Below, in pieces: positions 1-9,665 of a DNA stretch of 50,053 nucleotides; the stretch's first letter is position 1; each line of letters opens with the position of its first letter. This DNA is from Candidatus Tharpella sp. (GTDB lineage Bacteria > Desulfobacterota > Anaeroferrophillalia > Anaeroferrophillales > Tharpellaceae): NCBI GenBank assembly GCA_021161425.1, contig JAGHAQ010000041.1, positions 1 through 50,053 on the forward strand, in the 5' to 3' direction. The notes under the pieces are model-generated. The model saw only the letters and a program-made list of their open reading frames with translations, did no database searches and had not been told where the DNA came from. The translations under genes and the position numbers were made by a program.

Positions 1-108
1 GGTAAGGTCAAACTTTTTAGTTTCTTTGTCGGACAGGTGATGAAAAAGACCAAGGGTCAGGCCAATCCCCAGGTGGTCAACCGCCTGCTCAAAGAGAAGA
101 TAGGCTGA
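1..108 (+). CDS. gatB: Asp/Glu-tRNA amidotransferase subunit B, 3' end (partial)
   Basis: Frame 1 reads [35 protein letters not shown], matching the GatB/YqeY C-terminal [12 protein letters not shown] motif. Not in the ORF track. Confidence 0.9.
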   Translation, partial: GKVKLFSFFVGQVMKKTKGQANPQVVNRLLKEKIG

Positions 109-147
109 AACGATAACTTTAAGTTATTGAGATGAGGTGTGACCAGT

Positions 148-168
148 CCGTCCCACCTTTTGAGACGG
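148..168. promoter_or_regulatory. Candidate upstream activator site for a sigma54 enhancer-binding protein
   Basis: Near-perfect dyad CCGTCCCA-CCTTT-TGAGACGG about 100 bp upstream of the -24/-12 element. Confidence 0.45.
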
Positions 169-269
169 TTTTGTCTCGGTTACTGCTGTTTTTTTCTCTT
201 GAGTACGTTTTAGATTGCGTAACTGTATGTTTTTATTTGCAGATTGTTGATATTGTATAAGTTTTAGTG

Positions 270-286
270 TTGGCCCGAATAATGCA
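270..286 (+). promoter_or_regulatory. sigma54 (-24/-12) promoter of lpxC
   Basis: TTGGCCCGAATAATGCA has GG(272-273)-N10-GC(284-285), the exact sigma54 spacing. An IHF-like CAGATTGTTGATA lies at 240-252. Confidence 0.6.
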
Positions 287-386
287 GTAATATATCGTCG
301 AATTAAGCATTATGAAAATTAAAGCAAAAGCTTAACGGTACCAGTAGTAAGCCGTTAATTATAGTCAGAGGTGTTTTCCGCAAACT

Positions 387-1328
387 ATGTTTTTTCAAAG
401 AACATTAAAAAAAGAGATTTCATGTGTTGGCATAGGCCTGCATTCGGGAATCAAGGTAAAGCTTGTTTTGAAACCGGCCCCAGCCGGCCACGGTATCAAG
501 CTACAGCGTATCGACGAGGGCCGGGTTATGACAACAATCCCGGCCTCCTCCGATTTTGTTGTTGATACCTCACTGGCTACGACCCTGGGGTGTGACGGTT
601 TTGTCATCGGAACTGTGGAGCATCTGCTCTCTGCTTTTTCCGGTCTCGGGGTCGATAATGCTCTGATTGAAGTTCACGGGCCTGAAGTTCCGATTATGGA
701 TGGCAGTGCCAACCCTTTTGTCTACCTTATAAAGACGGCAGGTATTAAACGACAGGTCGAAGCCAAATGCTATATGCGTATGACCGGCACTGTGACCGTT
801 AATGATGGTGACAAATGGGCTCGCCTGGGGCCACAACCTCCCTCTTCAAACGCTTCCCTCTCAATTATCAGTCATATCGATTTTGATCATCCCATGATCG
901 GTTCCCAGAGTTTTAACTTCTCTTTTGCCGATATCTCCTACGACCGTCAGATCAGCCGGGCCCGTACCTTTGGTTTTCTCCATGAAGTTGAATGGATGAA
1001 AGCCAACAACCTGGCTTTGGGTGGATCCTTGGATAATGCTATTGTCCTTGATGAATTTTCTGTTCTCAACGATGATGGACTGCGTTTTGCCGATGAGTTT
1101 GCCCGCCATAAGATTCTGGATTGTTTTGGTGATATCAGTCTCTTGGGTATGCCGCTGATCGGGGTGCTGGAAGCCAATAAGACCGGCCATGCTTTGAACC
1201 ATAAGCTGGTTCAAGCCGTACTTACTAAAACTGAGGCTTGGGAAAAGGTTACAACCGGCGAGTGGATTGATAGCTCATTGCCGACCTTTGCGGTTCCGCG
1301 CCTGGTCATGGGTGAGGCTTTGTTTTAG
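387..1328 (+). CDS. lpxC: UDP-3-O-acyl-N-acetylglucosamine deacetylase
   Basis: QRTL..G.GLHSG, TVEHLLSA, EVPIMDGSA, ARTFGF, GGSLDNA, HKILD and GHALN motifs. Confidence 0.97.
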   Translation: MFFQRTLKKEISCVGIGLHSGIKVKLVLKPAPAGHGIKLQRIDEGRVMTTIPASSDFVVDTSLATTLGCDGFVIGTVEHLLSAFSGLGVDNALIEVHGPEVPIMDGSANPFVYLIKTAGIKRQVEAKCYMRMTGTVTVNDGDKWARLGPQPPSSNASLSIISHIDFDHPMIGSQSFNFSFADISYDRQISRARTFGFLHEVEWMKANNLALGGSLDNAIVLDEFSVLNDDGLRFADEFARHKILDCFGDISLLGMPLIGVLEANKTGHALNHKLVQAVLTKTEAWEKVTTGEWIDSSLPTFAVPRLVMGEALF

Positions 1329-1356
1329 TGGTTTTCCCAGGCAAATAATACTTTAA

Positions 1357-1409
1357 CAGTAAACAAAAAAAGCCCCGCTTACAAAAGCGGGGCTTTTTTT
1401 TGTTTACTG
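1357..1409. terminator. Bidirectional intrinsic terminator between convergent lpxC and the acetoacetate-CoA ligase gene
   Basis: CAGTAAACAAAAAAAGCCCCGCTT-ACAA-AAGCGGGGCTTTTTTTTGTTTACTG: GC stem with A/T tracts on both sides. Confidence 0.9.
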
Positions 1410-1440
1410 AAGTCGACAGTATTTTTTTGATGATATTTTA

Positions 1441-3396
1441 TTAACTTTTCAGGGCTTCAAGATCCTTAAAGTTTTCCAGGGCTTCAGGGTTGGCCAGGGC
1501 ATCGCGGTTGGTGATCGGTAGGTTGTGAACCATGCGTTTGACTGCGAGTTCAACCTTTTTGCCGCTGATTGTATAAGGAATATCGTTAACCGCAATGATT
1601 TTGGCCGGGACGTGACGCGGGGTTGTGTTTTTACGAATAGTAGTTTTTATCTGTTTTTCGAATTCCGGGGTTAGCTCGACTCCATCATCGAGAACCACGA
1701 AAAGGACAACGCGAACGTCGCTATCTTCCCAATCCTGGCCGATGACGACACTGTCTTTGATGCCCGAGATGGTTTCAACCTGGCGGTAGATTTCGGCGGT
1801 ACCGATACGGACGCCACCGGGGTTCAAGGTAGCATCAGACCGGCCATAAATAATGACGCCACCGGTTTCGGTGATCATGATATAGTCACCGTGGCACCAG
1901 ATATTGTTGTAACGATCGAAATAGGCATCATGGTATTTCTGGTTATCAGGATCATTCCAGAAATAGATCGGCATTGAGGGGAAAGCGGTTGTGCAGACGA
2001 GTTCACCCTTCTCACCGTAAACCGGCTGACCAAAATCATCAAAGGCTTCAACACTCATTCCTAAGCCCCGGCACTGCAGTTCTTCAATATAGACTGGCAG
2101 AATTGGGTTGCCGAGAGCGAAACAAGAGACAATGTCGGTGCCTCCAGAGATCGAAGCGAGATCGACATCTTTTTTGATGTCGCGGTAGACATACTCAAAG
2201 CTTTCGGCTGACAGGGGAGAACCGGTCGAACAGATCGCTTTAATCGCACTTAAATCAAAAGCGGTGCCCGGTTTAAGGCCTGACTGCTGAACTGCAGCAA
2301 TAAATTTGGCGCTGGTACCGTAGACTGAGATTTTCTCATCCTGAGCCAGTTTAAAAGTAGCGCCGCCGTCGGGGTAGAAGGGGGAGCCGTCAAAAAGGAT
2401 GGTGGTTGCGCCAACCGCCAGAGCACTGACGAGCCAGTTCCACATCATCCAGCCGCAGGTTGTAAAGTAGTAGATGCGGTCTTCGCGTTTCAAATCAACA
2501 TGGAAGAGATGTTCTTTTAAATGCTGAATCAGGGTGCCGCCGGTGCCGTGGACAATGCACTTCGGAGTGCCGGTGGTGCCTGATGAGTACATGATGTAGA
2601 GCGGATGATCAAAGGGAAGCTGTTCAAATTCAATCTCGAGATTATCATCTTTTTTGAGAAAATCCTGGTAATGAACAGCGTTGCCGATGGCGCTGATATC
2701 AGCTTTTTCTTCGGTGTAGGGAATCACCACGACTTTCTCGATAGAAGGCAGCGAGCCTAAAATTTCACCGATTTTTTCAAGGGAGCTGAATTTTTTGCCG
2801 TTGTAGGAGTAGCCATTGGCGGTAAAGAGAATTTTGGGTTCGATCTGGCCAAAACGATCAAGAACGCCCTTGATGCCGAAATCAGGCGAACAGGATGACC
2901 AGATAGCGCCGATACTGGTTGCCGCCAGCATGGCGACCACGGTTTCAATCATATTGGGAACAAAACCGGCAACCCGGTCGCCGCATTGAACTCCGGTCTC
3001 GCGTAAAGCCGCCGCCAGACGGGCAACCTGATCATATAATTCAGCGTAACTGATACGGGTTGCGTCCTGATCTTCGCCCTTGAAGACCAGGGCTTCGCGA
3101 TCGTCGCGAAAACGTAAAAGATTTTCGGCGAAATTGAGGCGGGCCCCAGTGAACCATTTGGCTCCCGGCATCTTGTCGCCATCAACCATTATTTCATCGT
3201 AACCCTTGCTGGCGATGATTCCGCCGTATTCCCAGACACTCTCCCAGAAAGCCGCCCGATCATCAACCGACCATTTGTAGAGTTCGTCATAAGAGGCAAA
3301 TTCAAGGCCTTTTTTCTCTTTCAATTGAGCCATTAGACAACTTAAGTTGGAGTTTTTGATACGCTCGGCGGAGGGTTGCCAGAGTGGTGTCTTCAT
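1441..3396 (-). CDS. Acetoacetate--CoA ligase (acetoacetyl-CoA synthetase)
   Basis: LW.PS start, WF.GARLNFAENLL, SSCSPDFG, YSSGTTG.PKCIVH, WMMWNW, SISGGTD, GRSDATLNPGGVRIGTAEIY and SGKKVE motifs. Confidence 0.93.
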   Translation of the reverse strand: MKTPLWQPSAERIKNSNLSCLMAQLKEKKGLEFASYDELYKWSVDDRAAFWESVWEYGGIIASKGYDEIMVDGDKMPGAKWFTGARLNFAENLLRFRDDREALVFKGEDQDATRISYAELYDQVARLAAALRETGVQCGDRVAGFVPNMIETVVAMLAATSIGAIWSSCSPDFGIKGVLDRFGQIEPKILFTANGYSYNGKKFSSLEKIGEILGSLPSIEKVVVIPYTEEKADISAIGNAVHYQDFLKKDDNLEIEFEQLPFDHPLYIMYSSGTTGTPKCIVHGTGGTLIQHLKEHLFHVDLKREDRIYYFTTCGWMMWNWLVSALAVGATTILFDGSPFYPDGGATFKLAQDEKISVYGTSAKFIAAVQQSGLKPGTAFDLSAIKAICSTGSPLSAESFEYVYRDIKKDVDLASISGGTDIVSCFALGNPILPVYIEELQCRGLGMSVEAFDDFGQPVYGEKGELVCTTAFPSMPIYFWNDPDNQKYHDAYFDRYNNIWCHGDYIMITETGGVIIYGRSDATLNPGGVRIGTAEIYRQVETISGIKDSVVIGQDWEDSDVRVVLFVVLDDGVELTPEFEKQIKTTIRKNTTPRHVPAKIIAVNDIPYTISGKKVELAVKRMVHNLPITNRDALANPEALENFKDLEALKS

Positions 3397-3478
3397 GGTT
3401 GTCTCTCCCTAGATCTTGTAGATGGTTGAAAATATTTTGTGGCAGTCTATGTTTTTACCTGAATACTTCATTTTTTAC

Positions 3479-3494
3479 CACTTAACGTTAACTG
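3479..3494. promoter_or_regulatory. Palindromic operator, copy 1
   Basis: CACTTAACGTTAACTG, 1 mismatch to CAGTTAACGTTAACTG, in the divergent region upstream of the ligase and the MCP. Confidence 0.6.
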
Positions 3495-3757
3495 TCGGAT
3501 GTGGGGCAAAAAATGAAATTTCATCGGCCCCTTTAACCGATTCAGAGGCGCTTGTCAACTTGAAATCAGATCGCTTACGATGACCCCTCCAAAATAAGGT
3601 TGTGTTTTTTTGAACTTTAAAAACTGGAAATCAGTTGATCGGTATGTTATGTTAACGAAAAACAGAGCTATCGGTAGGCTGGGGAATTTTTTTCAGCTGA
3701 GTCGGGGTCGGTTGTAACTGAATTTACTGTACCCGAAATTTTTGAGGAGGATGTAAA

Positions 3758-5431
3758 ATGCGTTTGAAACTCAGTCGGCAGATTTTTTTAGGGTTTACTG
3801 TGATTGGATCCCTGCTCGTGGTTTTAGGTCTGGTTTCGCACTTCGGCATTGATACTATGAATAAAAAGATCGAAGAGGCTGTGTCTGCGAAAAATCTGGT
3901 CGTCGAATTGCAGAAGATGGAGATCGATTATCATGAATGGGCCGAGAAGGTGGAGCAGACACTTTTACGAGACTATACCCCGGGATTGTTGGTTGAGGTT
4001 GAAACGGATGATCGTAAGAGTGGTTTTGGTAAGTGGTTTTATAGCCCATCGCGTAAAGCTCTGGAAATCCGTTATCCCCAACTGGTGCCGATCCTGAAAA
4101 AATTCGAGGTTCCGCATCATGCGTTGCATGAGTCGATTAAGGATGTCAATCTTAATTTGAGTGAGGCCGAAGATCTAGAAGGGGCCAAGGGTGATTACAA
4201 TGCGGTCACGCGACTGGCTTTGGTCGAGGTGCTAAAGGTTTTTCATGAACTCGAAGGGGCTTTGTCCGAGATTGAGATGGTGGCAGAACAAGTGGCAGAG
4301 GCCAAGGTTTCGCAAACTGAAACCTTAGTTATGGTGGTGGCTCTATTGGGTGTTCTGGTTGGTCTAGTGGTTATCTTCTGGGTGCGGGCCAGTTTCTCTC
4401 GGATAATGGGTGGCGAACCCGAAGATATGAACGATATCCTTAAAAAAATCGCCGATGGCGATTTGACGGTCGCTATTGATGCCGGGGCTCGGCCGGGCAG
4501 TATGTTGGCAGCGCTGGGTGAGACCAAGCAGGGGTTGGTCTCAATTGCCGGAGATATTTTCAGCGGGGTTGAATCTTTGACCCTTGCATCGGCTGAGCTT
4601 GCCGCAGTTTCCGAACGACTAGGTGATGCTGCCGGTAATGCCTCGGGTAAAAGTAATACTGTGGCTGCAGCGGCTGAGGAGATGAGTGTCAATATGAACT
4701 CGGTTTCAACGGCTTCCGAGGGTACCGCCGAGAATGTCAATATGGTGGCAGCCGCAGCCGAAGAGATGACCTCGACGGTAGGCGAGATTGCACAAAATAC
4801 GGAAAAAACCCGCGCCATCAGCTTAGCTGCGGTGGAACGGACGCGCCAGGCGTCGGAAAAAATCGATGAACTCGGTCGGGCCGCGCAAGAGGTTGGGAAA
4901 GTGACGGCAGTTATCAACGAGATCTCTGAGCAGACCAATCTTTTGGCTTTGAATGCCACTATCGAGGCGGCCCGAGCTGGTGAAGCCGGTAAAGGTTTTG
5001 CCGTGGTTGCCAATGAGATTAAGGAACTGGCCCGCCAGACGGCTGAAGCGACTCAGGATATTCGCCAGATTATTGAGGAGATTCAGGCATCGACCGGGGC
5101 GACGGTTGAGGAGGTCCGCGAAGTTACCTCGGTTATTGAAGAGGTTAGTGAGTTGATTACGACGGTGGCCGCCGCCATTGAAGAGCAGTCGGCGACTACC
5201 AGAGAAATTGCCGGCAGTGTTGCTCAAGCTTCTCAGGGGATTTCTGAGATCAATGAAAATATTTCCCAGAGTTCGGCTGTGGCAGGTGAGATTTCAGCTG
5301 ATATCTCCGAGGTCAGTGCTATCGCCGGTGAACTTAGTGACAGTAGTTCGCAGGTCAATAATAATGCCGGTGATCTTGGTGGGCTTAGTGAGCGCTTAAA
5401 GAGTATTGTTTTGCGTTTTAAACTAGAGTAA
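3758..5431 (+). CDS. Methyl-accepting chemotaxis protein with a periplasmic CZB-like domain
   Basis: Two TM helices, the signalling motif [34 protein letters not shown], and GAGGAGG RBS upstream. Confidence 0.95.
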   Translation: MRLKLSRQIFLGFTVIGSLLVVLGLVSHFGIDTMNKKIEEAVSAKNLVVELQKMEIDYHEWAEKVEQTLLRDYTPGLLVEVETDDRKSGFGKWFYSPSRKALEIRYPQLVPILKKFEVPHHALHESIKDVNLNLSEAEDLEGAKGDYNAVTRLALVEVLKVFHELEGALSEIEMVAEQVAEAKVSQTETLVMVVALLGVLVGLVVIFWVRASFSRIMGGEPEDMNDILKKIADGDLTVAIDAGARPGSMLAALGETKQGLVSIAGDIFSGVESLTLASAELAAVSERLGDAAGNASGKSNTVAAAAEEMSVNMNSVSTASEGTAENVNMVAAAAEEMTSTVGEIAQNTEKTRAISLAAVERTRQASEKIDELGRAAQEVGKVTAVINEISEQTNLLALNATIEAARAGEAGKGFAVVANEIKELARQTAEATQDIRQIIEEIQASTGATVEEVREVTSVIEEVSELITTVAAAIEEQSATTREIAGSVAQASQGISEINENISQSSAVAGEISADISEVSAIAGELSDSSSQVNNNAGDLGGLSERLKSIVLRFKLE

Positions 5432-5630
5432 GAAGGCGGACTCGTCCCCTTCGACCTTGGTTTATTCGGGTCCTGAGGTTGGCGACTTGATGCTCTGGAC
5501 ATCCAGTTTTGAGAACGGTGTCAGTGAATTTGACAACCAACATCACCGGCTCGTCGATTTTGTCAACGAGCTTTATAAAGGCGTCGACCGCAAATGCGGT
5601 TCGTTTTTTAATGGTAAGGGAGTTTATTAG
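5427..5630 (+). pseudogene. Truncated bacteriohemerythrin domain, probably once fused to the MCP
   Basis: Frame +1 to the MCP reads [52 protein letters not shown]...*, matching the hemerythrin W..S...G...D.QH..L...N.L motif. It stops before the remaining iron ligands. Confidence 0.7.
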
Positions 5631-5642
5631 AGAATGAAATAT

Positions 5643-5676
5643 AAAAAAAGGCAGGCCTGAGGCCTGCCTTTTTTTT
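5643..5676. terminator. Intrinsic terminator
   Basis: AAAAAAAGGCAGGCC-TGA-GGCCTGCCTTTTTTTT. Confidence 0.85.
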
Positions 5677-5981
5677 GTGATCTTTGGGCCGTTGTCAAAG
5701 TTTAATGTTTCTTCGTATGAAGTATACAGTTTGTCGCTTGACAAAGGTCTCGTGCTTATGTTAACAAGCTCAGCGAGTTCACTTAATGTGAGCGGTTATT
5801 CACTTTTGTCGGACCTTTAAGGGTATCCCGGCCGAGAGTTTTTAGTTAGTTGTAAGTTGTTGTTTTTATAGTTTATTGTTGAATTGTGTAGGGGTGGTCT
5901 TTTGCCGTTGATGGTTACCGTCCCAACACTTCTGTACTTGTCAGGTTCCCGGTTCTTGCCGGGGTAGGGGAATGAAAGGCT

Positions 5982-7961
5982 ATGCTGAATTCACTTGATG
6001 TACTGATCATAGGCTTAAGTTTGGCACTTCTGCTCTATGGGAGTTTCAGAAAAATTGCGCGTTGGCGGGTCGGTGAACCCGAAGTTAGGAGTGGCGATGC
6101 CGGCAAACGCTTTGCCTCAATGTTTGCGTCGGTTGTCGGGCACGATCGGATTCTTGAAGAGGCTTGGCCTGGTTATATGCACATCTTCCTCTTCTTTGGT
6201 TTTCTTACCCCCTTTGTCTTTGTCGTTTTTGCCCAACTTCATATCGTGACTTTGACTCCGGCCGCCGCCGGTGGTATTTCTTTGGTTCTCGATCTGATCG
6301 GTGGTTTTGCTCTGGTCGGGCTTATGATAGCTATCTGCCGTCGTTATGTGGTTGAGCCTGAACGTCTTGATGAGCGTGGTAGAGAGGATGGTTTGCTTTT
6401 GGTCTGGCTGCTCTTTATCTTCTTAAGCGGTTTTGTCGTTGAAGGATTGCGTTTGGCGGTAACGACTCCCGAAGGCACTTGGTTTGCCCCCTTGGGTTCA
6501 CTGGTTGCTTTTGCTCTGGCTCCATTAAGTCCCGAAATTGATGCTCAAGTTATTCGTTGGGTCTGGCGCCTGCACTTTTACGCCATCCTGTTGTTGGTCG
6601 GGACCATGCCTTATAACAAACTCTTTCATGTTATTTCCGGCACTCTTAATAACTATTATCGTTCGACCAACCCCAAAGGGGTGGTCAACCTGCTCGATAT
6701 CGAAAACTCCGAGACCTTCGGGGTTGCTCATGTTCATCAATTTACCTGGAAACAGCTGATGGACAGCGATGCTTGTATTCGTTGTGGTCGCTGTCAGGAT
6801 AATTGTCCAGCCTATCTTACAGGTAAACCTTTGACCCCTAAAAAGATGGTTCAGGATATCCGCGAGTGTCTTTATGACAAGAGTGCGATCATCGCCAAAT
6901 GCAAGGCCGAGGGTGAAGATATTACTTGGGGTCTTCCTGATGAGGAGAAACCTTTGTTCGGCGGCTACTTGGCTGAGGATGAGATTTGGGCTTGTACTAC
7001 CTGTCGTGCATGCATGGAGGTTTGCCCAATGTACGTCGAGCATGTTGACAAGATCGTTGATTTGCGGCGTAATCTGGTTCTCATGGAGAGTAGCTTTCCG
7101 TCTGAAGTCCAGCTTGTCTTTAAAAATTTTGAAAATAACAGTAATCCCTGGGGGCTGGGTTGGGCTGATCGTGGTAACTGGGCCAATGATTTAGGGGTTA
7201 CAACCATGGCTGAAAATAGCGATGTCGAACTCCTGCTCTGGATCGGTTGTTCAGGTTCCTTTGATGATCGTTACAAGAAGGTTTCAACCTCTTTTGTCAA
7301 GGTTCTTAAAGCAGCTGGGGTCTCTTTCTCAATTTTGGGTAAGGAGGAAAAGTGTTGCGGCGATTCGGCGCGCAAGCTGGGTAACGAGTATCTCTATCAG
7401 ACGTTGGCCATGGAGAACATTGAGACCCTGAATGGCTACGGCGTCAAAAATATTGTCGTCATGTGTCCGCATGGTTACAATACTTTAAAAAAAGACTATC
7501 AGCAGTTGGGTGGTAACTACAATGTCATGCACCATACCGAGTATCTGGCCCAGCTCATAGCCGATGGCCGGATTAACTTAAAGCGTCCTCTGGTCGCTAA
7601 AGCCGTCTATCATGATTCCTGTTATCTCGGTCGTTACAATGAAATTTACGACCAGCCTCGGGCGATCTTAAATGAAATACCGGGGCTTGAGCTGGTCGAG
7701 ATGGAGCGTCATCATAAACGTGGTTTCTGCTGCGGAGCCGGTGGCGGCCGGATGTGGATGGAGGAGGACATAGGTACTAAGATTAATGACAATCGGGTCG
7801 CACAGGCGCTTGAGAAAGAGCCCGAAATTGCGGTTACGGCTTGTCCTTTCTGTATGGTTATGTTTGAGGATGGTCTTAAATTTCATAATCGGGAAAGTGA
7901 TGTTAAAGTCAAGGATGTGGTTGAACTGGTTGCTGAAGCCCTGGAGGTTGGGGATGTCTAG
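5982..7961 (+). CDS. Membrane Fe-S oxidoreductase, FadF/HdrD-like (probable ETF:menaquinone oxidoreductase, EMO type)
   Basis: NarI-like TM region with His residues, CIRCGRCQDNCP and CTTCRACMEVCP 4Fe-4S motifs, and two CCG domains (EKCCG, YHDSC...FCCGAGGG, TACPFC). Confidence 0.88.
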   Translation: MLNSLDVLIIGLSLALLLYGSFRKIARWRVGEPEVRSGDAGKRFASMFASVVGHDRILEEAWPGYMHIFLFFGFLTPFVFVVFAQLHIVTLTPAAAGGISLVLDLIGGFALVGLMIAICRRYVVEPERLDERGREDGLLLVWLLFIFLSGFVVEGLRLAVTTPEGTWFAPLGSLVAFALAPLSPEIDAQVIRWVWRLHFYAILLLVGTMPYNKLFHVISGTLNNYYRSTNPKGVVNLLDIENSETFGVAHVHQFTWKQLMDSDACIRCGRCQDNCPAYLTGKPLTPKKMVQDIRECLYDKSAIIAKCKAEGEDITWGLPDEEKPLFGGYLAEDEIWACTTCRACMEVCPMYVEHVDKIVDLRRNLVLMESSFPSEVQLVFKNFENNSNPWGLGWADRGNWANDLGVTTMAENSDVELLLWIGCSGSFDDRYKKVSTSFVKVLKAAGVSFSILGKEEKCCGDSARKLGNEYLYQTLAMENIETLNGYGVKNIVVMCPHGYNTLKKDYQQLGGNYNVMHHTEYLAQLIADGRINLKRPLVAKAVYHDSCYLGRYNEIYDQPRAILNEIPGLELVEMERHHKRGFCCGAGGGRMWMEEDIGTKINDNRVAQALEKEPEIAVTACPFCMVMFEDGLKFHNRESDVKVKDVVELVAEALEVGDV

Positions 7962-7962
7962 G

Positions 7963-9030
7963 ATGTCTGAAAAACAAGTTTTTTCCGCGTTGGTTCGGCG
8001 TTTCTGCGGGAGATGGATGTTCTGCCTGTTGTTGGGGGTCGGGTTTCTGATTTTCGTTGGTGACGTTCAGGCGACTATTCCTGAAAATGTAACCCCTGGT
8101 GCCGTAACCACGACGGTGGTTCCGGTGATTCCGGCTGTTACCACCACCGACGGTTTGCTACCGATTCCGGTCGAAGTGCCGAAACCGCGAACCAATGAAG
8201 AGTGTATGAAGTGTCATAAAGAGCCGCACTTGACTTCCGGGCGTCTCGATGGCTCTCTGGCGGTACTGCAGGTTGAGCTTGAACCCTATAAAAAGACTTT
8301 GCACGGTATGAAACTGGAGTGTATCGACTGTCATGAAGATGCCGCCTCAGCCCGCCATTGTCGTAGTGGTTTTCAGAAAGTCAATTGCCTCGCCTGTCAC
8401 TCGAAAATTGAAAATCTTTTTCCTTTCGGTGCCCACGAGCGATTGAAAAAAAAGAATATCAGGATTCCAAAAAGAAAGATGGTTGGTGACAGCTATTATA
8501 AGAGTAAACATGGTAAAGCTTTGCTTGAGGGTAAGGATAACGCCCCCAATTGCTACCATTGCCATACCCGACACTATGTGTTCGGGGCCAAATATAAGCA
8601 GGCAACGGTCAATCGTGCCAATTTGACCGAGACCTGTGGTAGTTGTCATAAGGAACGTCAGATTTCGACCCTGCTTGAGCATGTGACGACTTTTCGTCTT
8701 GAAGCTCACCGTAAGGGTGACATGAGTTTCGATTATGACCGTGGTAATTGTATCGACTGTCATCAGGGTGAAGCTGTGCATGGTCTTAAAGTCAACGAGG
8801 CTCCTTGCGCCCGTTGTCATGATACGAAAATTAAAGTTAAAGGTGTTGCCTTGGTTGGTTTAGGGCCGTTTCACCTCTATCCGAATTATGAAAATCAGTA
8901 TTCGGTTTGGTGTCTGCGCAATTTTTACGGGGTATTAGTGTTACTCCTATTGGTCGGAGCGGGATGTGTTCTCTTTCTCTATATTATGAGACGCTCCGCT
9001 GATCATTATCGTAAAGAAGGGGGCGAGTGA
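7963..9030 (+). CDS. Heptaheme cytochrome c with N-terminal signal and C-terminal membrane anchor
   Basis: Seven CxxCH motifs (CMKCH, CIDCH, CLACH, CYHCH, CGSCH, CIDCH, CARCH). Start moved to ATG 7963, just after the upstream stop. Confidence 0.88.
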   Translation: MSEKQVFSALVRRFCGRWMFCLLLGVGFLIFVGDVQATIPENVTPGAVTTTVVPVIPAVTTTDGLLPIPVEVPKPRTNEECMKCHKEPHLTSGRLDGSLAVLQVELEPYKKTLHGMKLECIDCHEDAASARHCRSGFQKVNCLACHSKIENLFPFGAHERLKKKNIRIPKRKMVGDSYYKSKHGKALLEGKDNAPNCYHCHTRHYVFGAKYKQATVNRANLTETCGSCHKERQISTLLEHVTTFRLEAHRKGDMSFDYDRGNCIDCHQGEAVHGLKVNEAPCARCHDTKIKVKGVALVGLGPFHLYPNYENQYSVWCLRNFYGVLVLLLLVGAGCVLFLYIMRRSADHYRKEGGE

Positions 9031-9665
9031 GTAGGGCTATGTCCAATCCGCATAAAACTAAAAATAAAGATCTGCCTCGTTGGGGGATGGTCATCGATCT
9101 CAATCGCTGTGTTGGTTGTCACACCTGTGAGATTGCCTGCAAGAATGAGAATGATGTTCCTTTAGGGATCTGGCGTAGTTGGGTCAAAGAGATTGAAAAG
9201 GGTAAATACCCCAATGTTGTGCGGGCCTTCAGGCCGACCCTTTGTAATCATTGTGAAAATCCTATTTGTGTCAAGGTGTGTCCGGTCAGTGCCGCTTGGC
9301 AGCGTGAGGATGGAATAGTTATGGTTAATCCACACCTTTGTGTTGGTTGCCGTTACTGTATGTCGGCCTGTCCTTACGAGGTCAGATATATTCACCCCCA
9401 AAAAGGGATGATTGATAAATGTGATTTTTGTAGTGCTCGGGTAGATGCCGGTCTTCAACCGAGTTGTGTTGAGGCCTGTCCAACTAGTGCCCGAATCTTT
9501 GGTGATCTTAACGATTCAAAAAGTGAAGTGGCCAGACTTGTGGCGACCAAGCCGGTTTCAACATTGAAGCCTGAGATGGGTACGGAGCCGAGAGTCTATT
9601 ATATCGGTCTCGATGTTGCGACTTTGGAGATTAGGCGGGAGGCTAAACTGGTATGGGAAAAGTAG
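9027..9665 (+). CDS. 4x[4Fe-4S] electron-transfer subunit, NrfC/PsrB/TtrB family
   Basis: GMVIDL.RCVGCHTCEIAC, CNHCENPICVKVCP, CVGCRYCMSACPY, KCDFC...PSCVEACP and T.PRVYY motifs. Alternative start is ATG 9039. Confidence 0.93.
   Translation: MSRAMSNPHKTKNKDLPRWGMVIDLNRCVGCHTCEIACKNENDVPLGIWRSWVKEIEKGKYPNVVRAFRPTLCNHCENPICVKVCPVSAAWQREDGIVMVNPHLCVGCRYCMSACPYEVRYIHPQKGMIDKCDFCSARVDAGLQPSCVEACPTSARIFGDLNDSKSEVARLVATKPVSTLKPEMGTEPRVYYIGLDVATLEIRREAKLVWEK

Noticed and set aside
4243-5013. 256-aa antisense ORF inside the MCP
   Set aside because: It is a codon-mirror shadow of the Ala/Glu-rich signalling domain and has no motifs.
5418-5744. 108-aa minus-strand ORF
   Set aside because: It crosses a terminator and is antisense to the hemerythrin remnant, with no recognisable motif.
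5785-5806. Resemblance to the E. coli lac operator (TGTGAGCGG) suggesting vector contamination, or to Rex/CRP sites
   Set aside because: Only a 9-bp match with no other vector sequence, and the spacer length fits neither Rex nor CRP consensus.
7786-7962. N-terminal extension of the cytochrome ORF as given in the track
   Set aside because: It overlaps 176 bp of the Fe-S oxidoreductase gene. ATG 7963 directly follows that stop and yields a plausible signal peptide.
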